In this document: positions 61,319 to 64,000 of the stretch, piece by piece
How the letters are laid out: the number at the start of each line of letters is the position of its first letter
How positions within the stretch are numbered: position 1 is the first letter of the stretch
Assembly: GCF_009914755.1 (NCBI RefSeq)
Contig: NC_060935.1
Direction: 5' to 3' (one strand)
Length of the DNA stretch: 64,000 nt
DNA from: the human T2T-CHM13v2.0 reference genome, Homo sapiens
Program-made: the position numbers and the translations under genes
The notes under the pieces: model-generated
Told to the model about the DNA's origin: nothing
What the model saw: only the letters and a program-made list of their open reading frames with translations
Databases searched by the model: none

Positions 61319-62679
61319 TCATATGTTAATTAAAATATGTGTACAACAGTACAACATTCTTCATATCATTACTGTTCATAGTATACCAAAATTTAAATTA
61401 AAAAGTTTATCTCCAGTAGAATGCCTAAATAAGTTGTGATATATTCATGCAAATAAATTTTATGAAGCAAAAAAAAAAATAATGAACTCTCACTACATGC
61501 AACAAAATGAAAGAATATCAAACATCACTTTAAGAAACGAATCTGGACAAAACTTATTCTTAAAGAATACTTAATATTGAAGAATATTAAATATTGACAA
61601 CAGACAAGTTCTATTCTATCTAAAGATTTTTCTTCTTTTACCCCACTTTTTTCTTTACCTCTTTCAATGTATCTAAAGATTATGTCACACACAAAGACCT
61701 GGGCCTTCCCTGTCTCTTCTTCCCTATCTCCTCAATATAACAGAAGTCTAAACCACTGCAGGAAGATCGAGAAACATAGCTTCCCTTAAGGTACTGGTAA
61801 AAATTTATTCCAGCTCATAGACGGGAACAAGAAATTAAAAGATGGGAAATAGCATAAATATGTGTTAGATTAAGACCTAGAACCAAAGGCAGAGCAAGAT
61901 CACTGAGAAAGTCCCACTTACAAGTCCCAGAGATACAGAGTCTGCCTATAACGGAGGCTTAATCAGAACTGTTTCATCTATCTGTGTGTATGTTTGTGTA
62001 ATTATTTAGCCTGATCATAGAAAATACAATTTTTTTAATAATATAGAATATTCTGTAAACCAAATAATCATAAATTAAATCAAAAGGAAAATAGTAAATT
62101 CCACAGTGTTAAAATACACACAAGATCTATATTATGATCTTAAAGTCTTTTATACAGTATATATATGTGTTTATGTGTGTGTGTATATATGTATGTAGAT
62201 AAAGATTCCATATATATATATATATATATGTATATGGCTTCTTCATCTATTTGATACTAAAAGTCCTATATAAATATTTTCTATATTGAGTATGTTTCTA
62301 CCTAGGTTTTCTAGCATCTATTTTAACTTTTAACTTTACAATTTTGGTTCCTATACATTTGGTACATAGCTATTTATAAGGTTTAATTTTTCATTGCAAA
62401 TTTTGATAGCATTAAGTTGTCACATTGAAAGTTGTTGATTTAAATTATACTGACTTTCTTATCAGATTCTCAGATCCTTCTTTCTTAATGTCTCCATCTT
62501 TCTAGCATAATTTTGTCCTTCTCTTTACTTGCAGTCTTTCTGAATTATTTTGCTTTAGGTGTCTTTTTTTGTATACAGGACATAGCTGGGAATTATATTT
62601 GAGCTTATAAAAATACTTTTTATCTTTTAATAGGTAAGTTAAGACATTTCACGTTTATTTTATAAATGGTGCATGAATT

Positions 62680-64000
62680 GAACATCTCTAATATAACTAA
62701 TAAGTACAAAAAAGATACTCAACATCATAGTAATTGAGATTATTTTAATTAAAAGCACAATTACATGCCACTATAAGCTCAATACAACAGCTATAATAAA
62801 AAACATAGACAATAGTATTTGTTGTTAAGGTCATGAAAAAATGGGAATTTTAATGCATTCTAGGTAAACATGTAAAATAATACAGCCAATTTGAAAAAGT
62901 TTGTTTTCTTAAAAAAATAAATAAATAAACATAAATGTACCAGAAAATCCAGGAATCCCTTTACTCAGTATCTACCTAAAAGAAATAAAAATATGTTTAT
63001 ACAAAGACTTAAACTCATATATACATGATAGCATTATTTATAATAGCTAAAAAGGTAAAACAATCCAAGTCTTGATAAACTCTTTAATGAATATCAAAAT
63101 GTGAACTATTCATACATTGAAATGCTAATAAGAAAAATAATAAATAATGAAATACTGATTTATATTACAATATGGATAAATATTGGAAATATTATGCCAA
63201 GTTAAAAGACAACCTAAAAACTACATATTGTATAATTCCATATATATGGAACATTCAGAGGCAGAACATTAGAGAGAGGTAACTGATTTCTTGGTACTAG
63301 GGTAGAAGGTTAAATTAATTGTAAACCAGCACAAGGCATCCTTTTGGAGTAATGATAATGTCAAAAACTAAATTATGGTGACAGTTGCGGAACACAATAA
63401 ATATACTAAAATTCATTGAAAGTTACATATGGGAGAATGTTACATGGGAGAATTTTATGGTATACAGATTATATCTCAATAAAGTTGTTGAAAGTACTGA
63501 GGAATATAAAAGTTATAAAATTGCCAAAGTACTCTTCAAAAAAGAATAAAATGAGATTTACATTATCTGTATCCAAATGTGCTATAAGTCTGTAGGGATC
63601 AAGAAAGTATATTAGTGTATGGTGAGAAAAATAAATATCTACAACAATAAAACAGAATTAGAGTCCAGAAGTAGATAACACATATATGGTCAATTGATTT
63701 TTGACAAAGGTGGTAAGATCATTCAAAAGATTCAAGGATAATCTTTTCCACAAATAGTGTTTAAATTTTTGGAATTTAGGAGCAAAAAATATGAACTTCA
63801 AACCCACATTACACTGTACATAAAAATTAACTCAAAATGGATCACTAACCTACCTAAATGTAAGCTGAAATTATAAAACTTCTAGATGTAGTCATATAAA
63901 AAAATTTAGTGACCTTGTGTTAGACAAGTATTTCTTAACATGTGGTGTCAAAAAAGGAAACATTAAAAAATGACAAAGTGGATTTATTAAAATTAAAAAT
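62680..64000 (+). mobile_element. Old L1M fragments (3' end to about 63490, then an ORF2 piece)
   Basis: GATACTCAACATCATAG, TATCTCAATAAAGTTG, AGTCCAGAA...TTGATTTTTGACAAAGG, AAAATTAACTCAAAATGGATCA. Confidence 0.8.

Overview
Human genomic DNA (AT-rich, Alu-dense, with a human-specific L1HS) from the TRIM43/49/51/64-UBTFL segmental-duplication family. Recognition of the TRIM64C protein points to the 11p11.12 copy (inference). Contents: (1) a six-coding-exon TRIM64C gene on the minus strand (2871-8271, 449 codons) with a damaged exon-2 acceptor and a GC donor; (2) a headless but frame- and splice-intact three-exon TRIM43-like SPRY fragment with its own Kozak ATG; (3) an ESCO1 retro-fragment; (4) an intact 393-aa UBTFL1-like HMG-box retrogene, with a candidate upstream promoter/exon carrying a perfect DUX4 motif; (5) two further decayed TRIM relics; (6) a full-length CDON processed pseudogene inserted with a TSD into an old L1; (7) a 2-kb pre-Ta L1HS; (8) many Alu, MER/Tigger and MLT repeats. 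The best leads are the possibly functional DUX4-driven UBTFL copy and the potential SPRY-only protein. Repeat boundaries are approximate and family comparisons come from memory, not database searches.
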